Origin: Candidatus Latescibacterota bacterium
Lineage (GTDB): Bacteria > Latescibacterota > UBA2968 > UBA8231
Assembly (NCBI GenBank): GCA_965243025.1
Contig: CBDETY010000003.1
Coordinates: forward strand, 4,992,001-5,056,000
Direction: 5' to 3'
Length of the DNA: 64,000 bases
Below, piece after piece: positions 1 through 8,756 of the stretch. Under the pieces are notes generated by a model that saw nothing but the letters and a program-made list of their open reading frames with translations, ran no database searches and was not told the DNA's origin. Position 1 is the first letter of the stretch. Each line of letters begins with the position of its first letter. The position numbers and the translations under genes are program-made.

Positions 1-254
1 ACGGCTCCCAGGTCGGCGACTTCCTTGCTGATCGTGCAGTCCTGAAAGCGGCCCCCGGAAATGCCGTTTCCTGAAAACGAAAAGCGCAGCGCCGAAATGC
101 CGGCCGCGGCCAGGCCTTCGGCGAGGGCGGTCACGAAGGGGCGGTCCTTGTTTCCTGTAACCCCGTGTCCCAGTACGGCGAGGCGGTCGCCGCCGGCATC
201 GTGACAGGTATAGTCGATCTCTTCCCCGTGCCCGTTGGTGATTCTTCCGAACAT
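1..254 (-). CDS. Alpha/beta hydrolase (partial, runs off the window start)
   Basis: Manual translation MFGRITNGHGEEIDYTCHDAGGDRLAVLGHGVTGNKDRPFVTALAEGLAAAGISALRFSFSGNGISGG shows the HG oxyanion motif and an RFxFxGxGxS motif; purine-rich RBS upstream of ATG at 254. Confidence 0.8.
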   Translation of the reverse strand, partial: MFGRITNGHGEEIDYTCHDAGGDRLAVLGHGVTGNKDRPFVTALAEGLAAAGISALRFSFSGNGISGGRFQDCTISKEVADLGA

Positions 255-363
255 GCGGTTTTTCCCTTTCCGATTGACTGGCCCCGGATGCGCCGAGCCC
301 TTGCGGCGGGGCAAGGCGGCCCCCCTCTCCGGCAGTGGAACCCGCTGGCTGGGAGCGGGCGCT

Positions 364-1401
364 TCAGCCGCTGTTGACTTCGATCTGGCGGTCGGCTCCC
401 CGCAGGGGCAGCGCCGTCCAGGCGGCGTCGCGGCGGTGGGAGGCGTGAAAGGCGACGATGGTTTCGAGGGTGTCGACCGCCTCCTGCGCGTCGTAGGGAA
501 AGGGGCCGTTGCCGTCGAGCCAGTCGACGATCTCCCCCACGGCGACGTCCATGGACGGTCTCTGCGGCCCCGAAGTGAGGCGCTCACTGCCGCCGTCCGA
601 CTCGATTGAAATCCTGTCGGACTCGCAGACCGCCCTGGCCCTGGCCCCGTTGAGGCAGAAGCGCATCGGGATGGTCGCGTAATCGGCGGCGTCGACGGTG
701 ACGATCACCCCTCCTTCGAGGCGGAGCAGGCCCCAGCCTCCCGGATCGCTGAAGGCCGGACCGCGGCAGTCCGGCCTGCCGGCGAGATCCAGGGTGCCGG
801 ACACGGCTTCGACCCTGCGGCCCGAGAGCATGCGCACGGCGTCGAACACGTGGGTGCCGACGTTCCCCAGCCGGCCTGACGGCCATTGCACCGAGATCGA
901 AGTCAGGTCGCCGAGATCCCCGGCGGCGATGCGGTCCCGCAATGCGCGGAAGTCGGCGGTGAAGCGGCGGTTGTGGTTGACGGCCAGCAGCGTCCCGGAT
1001 GCCGCGCAGGCATCGAGCATCGCCTCGGCGTCGGCCATGGTCCGGGCCACCGGTTTTTCGCAGTAGACCACCTTTACCCCGGACCGGGCGCAGGCGACGG
1101 CGACCTCGGCGTGCTGCGGGGCGTAGGTGGCGACGCTGGCGATGTCGATCCGCTCCCGGTCGAGGAGCTCGCGCCAGTCGGCGTAGGTGCGGCAGCCCCC
1201 GGAGCGTTCGGCGAAGCGCTGCCGCCGGCCCTCGTCGCGGCTGCTGCCGGCGACCAGCTCGATTCGGGGATGCCGCGAAAGGGCGCTGAAGTGGGTGCCG
1301 TCGAGATCCTCCACGCGCTGCCCGAGGGCGTCCCCAGAGACCTGGTCGCCTCCGCCGATGAAACCGAGGCCGACGATGGCGGCGTTGTAGGTGTCAGGCA
1401 T
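364..1401 (-). CDS. Gfo/Idh/MocA family NAD(P)-dependent oxidoreductase
   Basis: AAIVGLGFIG Rossmann motif, CEKP motif, NHNRRF; ATG at 1401 overlaps the upstream stop. Confidence 0.9.
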   Translation of the reverse strand: MPDTYNAAIVGLGFIGGGDQVSGDALGQRVEDLDGTHFSALSRHPRIELVAGSSRDEGRRQRFAERSGGCRTYADWRELLDRERIDIASVATYAPQHAEVAVACARSGVKVVYCEKPVARTMADAEAMLDACAASGTLLAVNHNRRFTADFRALRDRIAAGDLGDLTSISVQWPSGRLGNVGTHVFDAVRMLSGRRVEAVSGTLDLAGRPDCRGPAFSDPGGWGLLRLEGGVIVTVDAADYATIPMRFCLNGARARAVCESDRISIESDGGSERLTSGPQRPSMDVAVGEIVDWLDGNGPFPYDAQEAVDTLETIVAFHASHRRDAAWTALPLRGADRQIEVNSG

Positions 1402-2506
1402 CGCCGCGGTCCCCTCCCTGGCGTTCCACGAGATCGGCGAGCACCTCTTCGTCGACCTCGACACCCCAACCCGGTTTTTCCGGCACGTCGATATGTCCGC
1501 CGGAGGGTTCCGGCACGCCTTTCAGCAGCGGCACCACGTCGTCGGGGCGGCGCGGGTACTCGAGCATTTCGAAGTTGGGGGTGCAGGCCCCCAGGTGCAG
1601 GCCGACCAGGGTCGAGATGGGACCGTTGGGATTGTGGGGAAGCACCCGCACGTGGTAGGTCTCGGCCATGGCGGCGATCTTGCGCCCCTCGGCGAAGCCG
1701 CCGCAGTGGCAGAGGTCGGGCTGAATGTAGTCGGCGGCCTGTTTTTCGAGCAGGTCGCGGAACCCCCAGCGGGTGTAGAGCCGCTCGCCGGTGGCGATCG
1801 GAACGTTCACCGAGGCCGCCACCTTGGCCATCTCGTCGACGTTCTCCGGCGCTACCGGCTCCTCGAAGAAGAAGGGATCGAACTCCTCGAAACGGTGGGC
1901 CATGCGGATCGCCATGTTGGGACTGAGGCGCCCGTGCCCCTCGATCAGCAGGCCGGCGTCGGGACCGATCGCCTCGCGGGTGGCGCGCACGCGGTCGACG
2001 GCGAGGCGCATCTCCTGCGGGCTCATGGACTGGTGGGCGTTGCCGAGGGGATCGAACTTGACCGCCGGGAAACCCGCGGCAATGGCCTCGGCCGCGGAAG
2101 CGGCGAAATCGCCGGGGGTCGTGTCGCCGAAGCGGGTGTGGGTGTACAGCTTGATGCGGTCGCGCACCCTTCCTCCGAGCAGCTCGTACACCGGCACGCC
2201 GAGCTGCCTGCCCTTGATGTCCCACAGCGCCTGCTCGACCGCGCTTACCGCGGAGTACCAGATCGGTCCGCCGCGCCAGAAGGTGTCGCGGATTCCGAAC
2301 GCCAGCCAGAAGGCCTCGATGCGGCCCGGGTCGCGCCCGACGAGGTCCATCTGGCCGACCGCATGCGCCACCGTGTCGCGGTGGCAGTCGGAGGCGACCT
2401 CCCCCAGTCCGGTTACGCCCTCGTCGGTATGGACGAGCACGAGGTACCCCAGCTCTGCGTGCCGGAGGGCAGGCACGCGCACGGTCTGAACGCCGGTGAT
2501 CTTCAT
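1394..2506 (-). CDS. Mandelate racemase/enolase superfamily acid-sugar dehydratase (galactonate dehydratase-like)
   Basis: ALWDIKG, LLGG, KxD, EGHGR, FFEEP, ATGERL, QPDLCHCGG and PHNP motifs typical of the DgoD subgroup. Confidence 0.9.
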   Translation of the reverse strand: MKITGVQTVRVPALRHAELGYLVLVHTDEGVTGLGEVASDCHRDTVAHAVGQMDLVGRDPGRIEAFWLAFGIRDTFWRGGPIWYSAVSAVEQALWDIKGRQLGVPVYELLGGRVRDRIKLYTHTRFGDTTPGDFAASAAEAIAAGFPAVKFDPLGNAHQSMSPQEMRLAVDRVRATREAIGPDAGLLIEGHGRLSPNMAIRMAHRFEEFDPFFFEEPVAPENVDEMAKVAASVNVPIATGERLYTRWGFRDLLEKQAADYIQPDLCHCGGFAEGRKIAAMAETYHVRVLPHNPNGPISTLVGLHLGACTPNFEMLEYPRRPDDVVPLLKGVPEPSGGHIDVPEKPGWGVEVDEEVLADLVERQGGDRGDA

Positions 2507-2572
2507 TTGGAATAGGCTGGAGGTCGGGGGGTATGCCGAGGGCTACAATTCTCGCCGCAGGGAGGAGGGGGG

Positions 2573-3839
2573 TCAAGAAACAGAGTGGCGCTCGCTCTGC
2601 ACGTCGCGCAGCGACCCGAAGCGGCGCAGCCGCGGCGAGGCGGCTGCCGTGATGGCGACAACCAGGATGGAGCCGATACCGCCGCTGACCACTGAGAAGA
2701 CCGGGCCGAACCAGTGCGCGACGAGACCCGACTCCATGCCGCCGAGGTTGTTGGAAGCGGAGATGAAGACGCTGTTGACCGCGGTGATGCGCCCCCGCAT
2801 CTCGTCGGGGGTCAGCAGCTGAACGAGGGTGTGGCGGATCACCATGCTCACCTGGTCGAAGGCGCCGGTGAGAAACAGCATGGCCAGCGACAGCCAGAAC
2901 GACAGTCGACAGGCCGAAGACGATCGTCGCCATCCCGAATCCGGCGACGCACAACAGGAGATTGCGGCCGCTCCTCCGCATCGGCGGCAGGTGGGCGAGA
3001 AGGATGGCCATGCAGAAAGCCCCTGCGGCCGGGGCGGCGCGAAGCCAGCCGAGGCCGCCGGGTCCCACCTCCAGGATGTCCCTGGCGAAGATGGGAAGCA
3101 GGTAGACGGCGCCGCCGAACAGCACGGCGAACATGTCGAGGCTGACCGCGGAGAGCACCAGCCGCGAGCGCCAGATGTAGCGGACACCCCCGAGAATCAC
3201 GGCGGCGGAGGTGGGGGCCGCCGGGCGGCGGTCTCGCTGCAGGCGGATGCGGCCGAACATGAAGATGAAGACGAGGGAGCCGGCGGCGGCGCAGAGATAG
3301 GCGGCGGGAACCGACCAGACGATTACCAGTCCGCCGGCAGCCGGACCCAGGACCGATGTCAGCTGCCACATGCTGCTGTTCCAGGTGACGGCGTTGTGAA
3401 AGACCGCCCGCGGCACGATCTGCGGCAGCAGGGCGGTGCGCGCCGGGCTTCCGAGGACGTTGGATGCCGCATCGAGAAGCAGCAGGGCGTACATCGCCTC
3501 GACCGGTCCCTCGGCGATCGACAGGGCCGCCAGCCCCAGGGAGGTGAGGGTGGCGCCGGTCAGGCTGAGCAGGGCCACGCGGCGCCGGTCGAAGCGGTCG
3601 GCCAGGTACCCCGCGGGAAGCGCCAGGGCCATCCAGGGCAACGCCTGCACGAGGCCGACCATCCCCAGGGCCAGGGCCTCGCCGGTGCGCTGGTACATCT
3701 CCCAGCCGACGGCTATTTCCTGAACGTGGGTGCCGACGGCGAGACCGACGCGGCCGTACAGGTAGCGGCGGAAGTCGGCTACCCTGAAGGCGGCGTACGG
3801 ATCGTGAGTCCCGGGGCCCATCCCCTGACCGCGGCTCAC
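2573..3839 (-). pseudogene. MFS transporter (MFS_3/EntS-like) interrupted by a frameshift near 2904
   Basis: N-terminal part (AGYLADRFDRRR motif A) is in one frame; the C-terminal TMs (SFWLSLAML...TPDEMRGR) are in another frame; could be a sequencing error. Confidence 0.75.
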
Positions 3840-3900
3840 GCCCGCCCGAGGCCGGCAGGCCGAACCTGCCCGAAAGCGGTCGGCCGCCGCTTTCCCCGGC

Positions 3901-4809
3901 TCATTCCAGGTCGAGCGACTTGCTCAACTGCCAGGTCCAGTCGACGACGCGGTAGCCGTGATTGCTGTAGAAGAGAAAGGCGCGGTTGTTGTGGCGGGCG
4001 GTGCTGATGGCGGTGTGGCGGTATCCGGCGGCGAGCATCTCGTTGCGGGCGCGGAACAACAACAGCTTTCCCAGGCCCCGGTGCTGGTACGGCTCCTCCA
4101 CACCCAGCCAGTTGACGAAGCCGTAGTCCTGGGCATCGGGGTGCCGCGAGTAGTCGCCGCCGCAGGCGATCTCGCATTCTCCCATGGTTTCGCCGTCCCG
4201 CTGCGCCACGACGCGGCAGCCGGGGCGCAGGCCCCTTTCCCGGGGCCAGGCGACCGTCAGGTCGAAGTCGAGGTCGAGGCGCGGCAGCCCGGCCGCTTCG
4301 TAGTCGAGCCCGTTGAGAAAGACCTCGCCCCCCGTGAGCCGGTAGCCGTTGAACTGCAGCAGGGCGCTGACGTGATCGAGGCGGTCGGAGAGGTAGGCGT
4401 GGGGAAAGCAGTAGAAGCGGTAGCGGTAACTGGAGTCGAAGGCGCAGACCTCGGTCAGGGATCGCGCCGCGAACGCACTCTCGGCCGCGGCGAGCAGTTT
4501 CTGGCCGGCGGCGCGGCAGCCGCGCTCGTAGCAGAGAAAGCAGATCGCCCCGCGAGGAGCCTCCTCGGGGTCCCGGCGGTCGATGCCGGTGTGCGCGAAT
4601 CCGACGACCTCACCCCCGAGGGCGGCCACGGACAGTGCCTGGTCCTCGACAGGGGGTCCTCCGTCGCTTTCGCCTCCCGAGACCGCGGCGACCGCCCCGG
4701 CGAAATCCGCCTCCTCCACCGGCCAGCAGTTGGGCACGCCGGCGACGCCGCGGTTGAAGAGGCCGGCGACGTCACCCAGCATTTCCGTCCTGTAGTCGAG
4801 GATTTCCAC
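3901..4809 (-). CDS. GNAT family N-acetyltransferase (tandem GNAT domains)
   Basis: LGVEEPYQHRGLG acetyl-CoA motif A; NNRAFLFYSNHGY motif B. Confidence 0.85.
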   Translation of the reverse strand: MEILDYRTEMLGDVAGLFNRGVAGVPNCWPVEEADFAGAVAAVSGGESDGGPPVEDQALSVAALGGEVVGFAHTGIDRRDPEEAPRGAICFLCYERGCRAAGQKLLAAAESAFAARSLTEVCAFDSSYRYRFYCFPHAYLSDRLDHVSALLQFNGYRLTGGEVFLNGLDYEAAGLPRLDLDFDLTVAWPRERGLRPGCRVVAQRDGETMGECEIACGGDYSRHPDAQDYGFVNWLGVEEPYQHRGLGKLLLFRARNEMLAAGYRHTAISTARHNNRAFLFYSNHGYRVVDWTWQLSKSLDLE

Positions 4810-4815
4810 AGCCGG

Positions 4816-5100
4816 TCAGGAGTTTCCCAGGCGTTTCTCCAGCTCACCGCGGCGTTCGAGCTCGTCGAGCGCCTCCTCGGTGCCCAGGTACTCCCCGTCG
4901 ACGAAGATCTGCGGGATCGTGCCGTCCCCGCCCGTTCGGCGCAGCATTTCCCTGTAGTTTGCGGTCGGCAGCTTGAAACCGAAGTAAAAGCGGATCGGGA
5001 TCCTGGTGTAGCGAATCCCCTTTCGCCGCAGCATCAGCCGCGCCTTCCAGCAGTACCCGCAGAACGGGCTGAGGTAGATTTCGACTTTCGGCATATCCAC
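4816..5100 (-). CDS. Glutaredoxin (GrxC-like)
   Basis: CGYC active site, TIPQIFVDG motif; alternative ATG start at 5094. Confidence 0.9.
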   Translation of the reverse strand: MDMPKVEIYLSPFCGYCWKARLMLRRKGIRYTRIPIRFYFGFKLPTANYREMLRRTGGDGTIPQIFVDGEYLGTEEALDELERRGELEKRLGNS

Positions 5101-5479
5101 GGAAAGAAAGCATCGCGAAGCCGGCGCTCAAAGGCACCATTGCCAACCGGGAAGTGGACGCGTCGACCAAATGCGACCCGGAAAACCCGGGAAACGCGGA
5201 GCCCCCGCCGCTGTAACCTGCCGGAAACGGGGTGTGTGCCGTGCGTTGCATACAGCCGCCGGACCGGTCCGGAGAATCCCGCTTTCGGCGACCGCGTCGA
5301 TGCAGCTGGGTCCGGAAACCCCGGGGATCCCCTACAAAAAAACTGACCCTGTACCAGATTACTGAGTGCGGCCGTTGCTTCTCGATCCGGCGGACGCATG
5401 GTCGCCTCCCCTGCACGTTTTCCCCAACCGCCAAGTGCGGCAACAAGTTGGCTCGAAGAACCAGTGTCATACCCGGTTT

Positions 5480-5496
5480 TTGGCACGGGATTTGCA
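5480..5496 (+). promoter_or_regulatory. Sigma54 (-24/-12) promoter
   Basis: TTGGCACGGGATTTGCA matches YTGGCACGNNNNTTGCW with exact GG-N10-GC spacing, about 45 bp upstream of the ORF at 5541. Confidence 0.75.
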
Positions 5497-5540
5497 CGTT
5501 GGGAGCAGGTGCAATTGGAGCTTATCGCGGGAGGAAGATC

Positions 5541-5765
5541 GTGGCCCACTACAGGTACAAAGGCGCGGAAGGAAGAGCCGGCGAGATAACCGTCATCGAG
5601 GACAGCAGCCTGTTTACCAGGGACACCAGGGGTAACTGGTCCCCAGGCTTCGAGTTCATCGACAGCCACACCGTGAAGGCGCACCCGTTCATCATCGACG
5701 CCCTGATCGAAGATGCCGAGCGCCTGTGGTCGATGGAGGAAGTGCTCGCCGAGCTGGCTGCCTGA
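5541..5765 (+). CDS. Small hypothetical protein (74 aa)
   Basis: GGAGGA RBS before a GTG start; GC3-rich codons; MAHYRYKGAEGRAGEITVIEDSSLFTRD...EEVLAELAA. Confidence 0.7.
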   Translation: MAHYRYKGAEGRAGEITVIEDSSLFTRDTRGNWSPGFEFIDSHTVKAHPFIIDALIEDAERLWSMEEVLAELAA

Positions 5766-5839
5766 GCGCACCTTTCCCGGGGGTTGCTGCAGTGCGGGGA
5801 AGCCCAACCGCGGCGGCAGGCTCGAAGGGCTTCGGGGAG

Positions 5840-7468
5840 TTACAGCGCCGCGGCCCGCTCGCGCAGCAGGTATTTCCGGATCTTTCCGGTCGATGTTTTT
5901 GGAAGCTCGCCGAAAACCACCGTCCTCGGGGCCTTGAAATGAGCGAGGTTGTCGCGGCAGTATCCGATGAGCTCGTCGGCGGTGACCGGTTCCGCTGACG
6001 GGGCAAGGGCGACGAAGGCGCAGGGGGTCTCGCCCCACTTGTCGTCGGGCCGGGCGACCACCGCGGCTTCCATCACCGCGGGGTGGCGGTAAAGGACCTC
6101 TTCCACCTCGAGGGTCGAGATGTTCTCACCGCCCGAGATGATGATGTCCTTGGAGCGGTCCTTCACCTCGACATATCCGTCCTCGTGGACGACTCCGAGG
6201 TCGCCGCTGCGGAACCACCCCCCGGCAAAGGCGGCGCGCGAAGCCTCCCCGTTCTTGAGGTAACCCTTCATCACGGTGTTTCCGCGCACCATGATCTCCC
6301 CGATGGTCGCCGCGTCCGCGGGGACCTCCTCCAGGCTTTCCGGATCGCATACGCGCACCTCCTCGAGCGTCGGCATGGCCACCCCCTGACGGGCGATCCG
6401 TTCGGCCTGCGAATTTTCGTCGAGACCGTCCCAGTCCTGCTGCCAGGCGCACAGCGTCGCCGGGCCGTAGGTCTCGGTCAGTCCGTACAGGTGGTGCACC
6501 CGGAACCCCATCTCCGCCATGCCGGCGATGACCGCGCTCGGGGGGGAGGCTCCCCCGGAGGCGACCTGCACCTCGTGGTCGAAACGCCGTTTCACCTCGT
6601 CCGGGGCGTGGATGAGCATGTTGAGCACCACCGGAGCCGCGCACAGCTGGGTTACTCCATGACGGGCTATTGCGGCAAAGATCGCCGCCGGTTCGGTCCT
6701 GCGCAGGCAGACCTGGGTGGCCCCCGCCGCGGCCAGCGCCCAGGGGTGGCACCATCCGTTGCAGTGGAACATCGGCAGCGTCCACAGGTATACGGTGCGC
6801 GGGCTCAACTGCAGGGCCATGACGTTGCCGAGCGCGTTCAGGTAGGCGCCGCGGTGGTGGTAGACCACCCCCTTGGGGTTGCCGGTGGTGCCGGAGGTGT
6901 AGTTGAGGGAGATCGCCTGCCATTCGTCTTCGGGCGGTTCCCAGGCGAAGTCGGGGGCGCCCCGGGCGCGGAACTCTTCGTATTCGACCTCGCCGACGGC
7001 GCCGCTCCCGCCCTCCCCGTCAGCGAACTCGTCATCGATGGCGACGACCAGCGGCGCTTTCCCCTTCAATCGGGAGAGCGCCTCGGCGGCGAGGCCGGCC
7101 AGCTCGCTGTCGACGAGCAGCACCCTGGCTTCCCCGTGGGAGAGGATGAAGGCCACGGCGGCGGCGTCGAGGCGGGTGTTGATCGTGTTGAGGACCGCCC
7201 CGCTCATTGGCACGGCAAAGTGGGCTTCCACCATGGCCGGAACGTTCGGCGCGAGCACCGATACCGTGTCGCCAATGCCGACGCCGGATTCGCGCAGCGC
7301 CGACGCCAGCTGGCGGCAGCGGCCGTACAGGGTGCCGTAGTCGCGCCCATGCCCGCCGTAGATGACGGCATTCCTGGCGGGGTATACCCGGGCCGCCCGC
7401 GCCAGGAAGCTCAGGGGCGTCAGCGGCACGTAGTTGGCGGGCCGTCGCTGCAGGTCTCTTTCGTACAT
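5840..7468 (-). CDS. Acyl-CoA synthetase (AMP-binding ligase)
   Basis: YTSGTTGNPKG P-loop, YGLTET, SGD, DRSKDIIISGGEN, PKTSTGK motifs. Confidence 0.95.
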   Translation of the reverse strand: MYERDLQRRPANYVPLTPLSFLARAARVYPARNAVIYGGHGRDYGTLYGRCRQLASALRESGVGIGDTVSVLAPNVPAMVEAHFAVPMSGAVLNTINTRLDAAAVAFILSHGEARVLLVDSELAGLAAEALSRLKGKAPLVVAIDDEFADGEGGSGAVGEVEYEEFRARGAPDFAWEPPEDEWQAISLNYTSGTTGNPKGVVYHHRGAYLNALGNVMALQLSPRTVYLWTLPMFHCNGWCHPWALAAAGATQVCLRRTEPAAIFAAIARHGVTQLCAAPVVLNMLIHAPDEVKRRFDHEVQVASGGASPPSAVIAGMAEMGFRVHHLYGLTETYGPATLCAWQQDWDGLDENSQAERIARQGVAMPTLEEVRVCDPESLEEVPADAATIGEIMVRGNTVMKGYLKNGEASRAAFAGGWFRSGDLGVVHEDGYVEVKDRSKDIIISGGENISTLEVEEVLYRHPAVMEAAVVARPDDKWGETPCAFVALAPSAEPVTADELIGYCRDNLAHFKAPRTVVFGELPKTSTGKIRKYLLRERAAAL

Positions 7469-7487
7469 GGTGTGAAACCCCGGGTCG

Positions 7488-8681
7488 TCAGCCGTCTCCG
7501 CCGAACCCGGGCGGCTCCCGTTTCAGGGGCTTGTCCTCCCGGTAGCCGAGTGCGTACTCGGCCTGCAGGACCTGGTGAATCTCTTCGGTCCCCTCGTAGA
7601 TGCGGGCCCCGCGGGCGTTGCGCAGGTAGCGCTCCACCGGGTACTCGTCGCTGTACCCGCGCGCCCCGTGAATCTGCACCGCGGCGTCCGCCGCGGCGAA
7701 GGCGTTGCGGCAGTTGATCCACTTGGCCAGCGAGACCTCGCGGGTGCAGCGCCGGCCGCGGTTTTTCAACCAGGCGACCTTGTTCCAGAGCAGGCGGCCG
7801 ATGTCCCTGCCGGCGGCCATCTCGGCGATTTTCTGCTGCACGAGCTGCTGCCTGCCGATCGGCCTGCCGAACGCCTGCCGTTCGCGGGCGAAGCTCGAGC
7901 CCGCCTCGAGGCAGGCCTCGATCAGCCCGACGGCTCCGGCCGCCACCGTGAAGCGCCCGTTGTCGAGGGCGCTCATCGCGATCCTGAAGCCGTCTCCCTC
8001 GTCCCCGAGGCGGTTTTCCACCGCGACAGCCGCGTCGCGCAGGGAAATGCCGCCGGTGGTGCCGGCGCGTCCCCCGAGCTTGTGCTCGATGCTCGACGTC
8101 CGCAGTCCCGGGTTGCCGCGTTCCACGATGAACGCGGACAGACCGCTGCTGCCCGGGCCCGGCCCGGTCCTGGCGAATATCAGAAAGTGATCGGCGGCGC
8201 CGGCAAAGCCGATCCAGCTCTTGTCCCCGTTGAGGATGTAGGCATCACCCTCGCGCCTGGCGCTGCACCGGAGTGCCGCTACGTCGCTGCCGGCTTCCGG
8301 TTCGGTCAGCCCGAAGGCTGCCAGCTTCTCGCCGCGCGCCTGCGGCCGCAGGTAGCGCCGCTTCTGCTCTTCGCTGCCCCATTGCAGCAGCGCCAGCGAG
8401 TTGAGGCCGAGGTGAACGGAGAGCAGTACCCGGAAGGCGGTGTCGGCGCGCTCCAGCTCCTCGCACAACAGCCCGAGGGCGAGGAAGTCCTCCCCCCGGC
8501 CACCTTCGGACCCGGGGATGCACAGTCCGAGGAATCCCTCTGCTGCCAGCTTTGCGACCATGCCCTCCGGGAAGCATCCGGCCCGGTCCCAGGCCCGGAT
8601 ATGGGGGGCTATCTCACGGTCGCAGAACTCCCTCGCCCGGCGGCGCAGTTCGTAATGGTTCCTGTCGAGGGAGAACTCCAT
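7488..8681 (-). CDS. Acyl-CoA dehydrogenase
   Basis: FGLTEPEAGSD, LNGxKxWI, RQAFG, QIHGARGY and IYEGT motifs. Confidence 0.95.
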   Translation of the reverse strand: MEFSLDRNHYELRRRAREFCDREIAPHIRAWDRAGCFPEGMVAKLAAEGFLGLCIPGSEGGRGEDFLALGLLCEELERADTAFRVLLSVHLGLNSLALLQWGSEEQKRRYLRPQARGEKLAAFGLTEPEAGSDVAALRCSARREGDAYILNGDKSWIGFAGAADHFLIFARTGPGPGSSGLSAFIVERGNPGLRTSSIEHKLGGRAGTTGGISLRDAAVAVENRLGDEGDGFRIAMSALDNGRFTVAAGAVGLIEACLEAGSSFARERQAFGRPIGRQQLVQQKIAEMAAGRDIGRLLWNKVAWLKNRGRRCTREVSLAKWINCRNAFAAADAAVQIHGARGYSDEYPVERYLRNARGARIYEGTEEIHQVLQAEYALGYREDKPLKREPPGFGGDG

Positions 8682-8756
8682 GGGTTTCCATCCGGTTGCG
8701 TCCGAAGGTTGCTCGACGGGGGCGTCGATCCCCCCGGGCAGGTGCCGGCAGCGCGG

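Noticed and set aside
1074-3839. 921-aa ORF in the track
   Set aside because: Artefact of the MFS frameshift; its C-terminal part overlaps the real dehydratase and oxidoreductase genes in another frame.
5145-5230. Cobalamin-riboswitch-like words (GGGAA...GCCCCCGCCGCTGTAA)
   Set aside because: The GGTG..AA.TCC T-loop stem and a properly placed downstream B12 box are not evident, and no B12-related gene follows. An Infernal scan with RF00174 would settle it.
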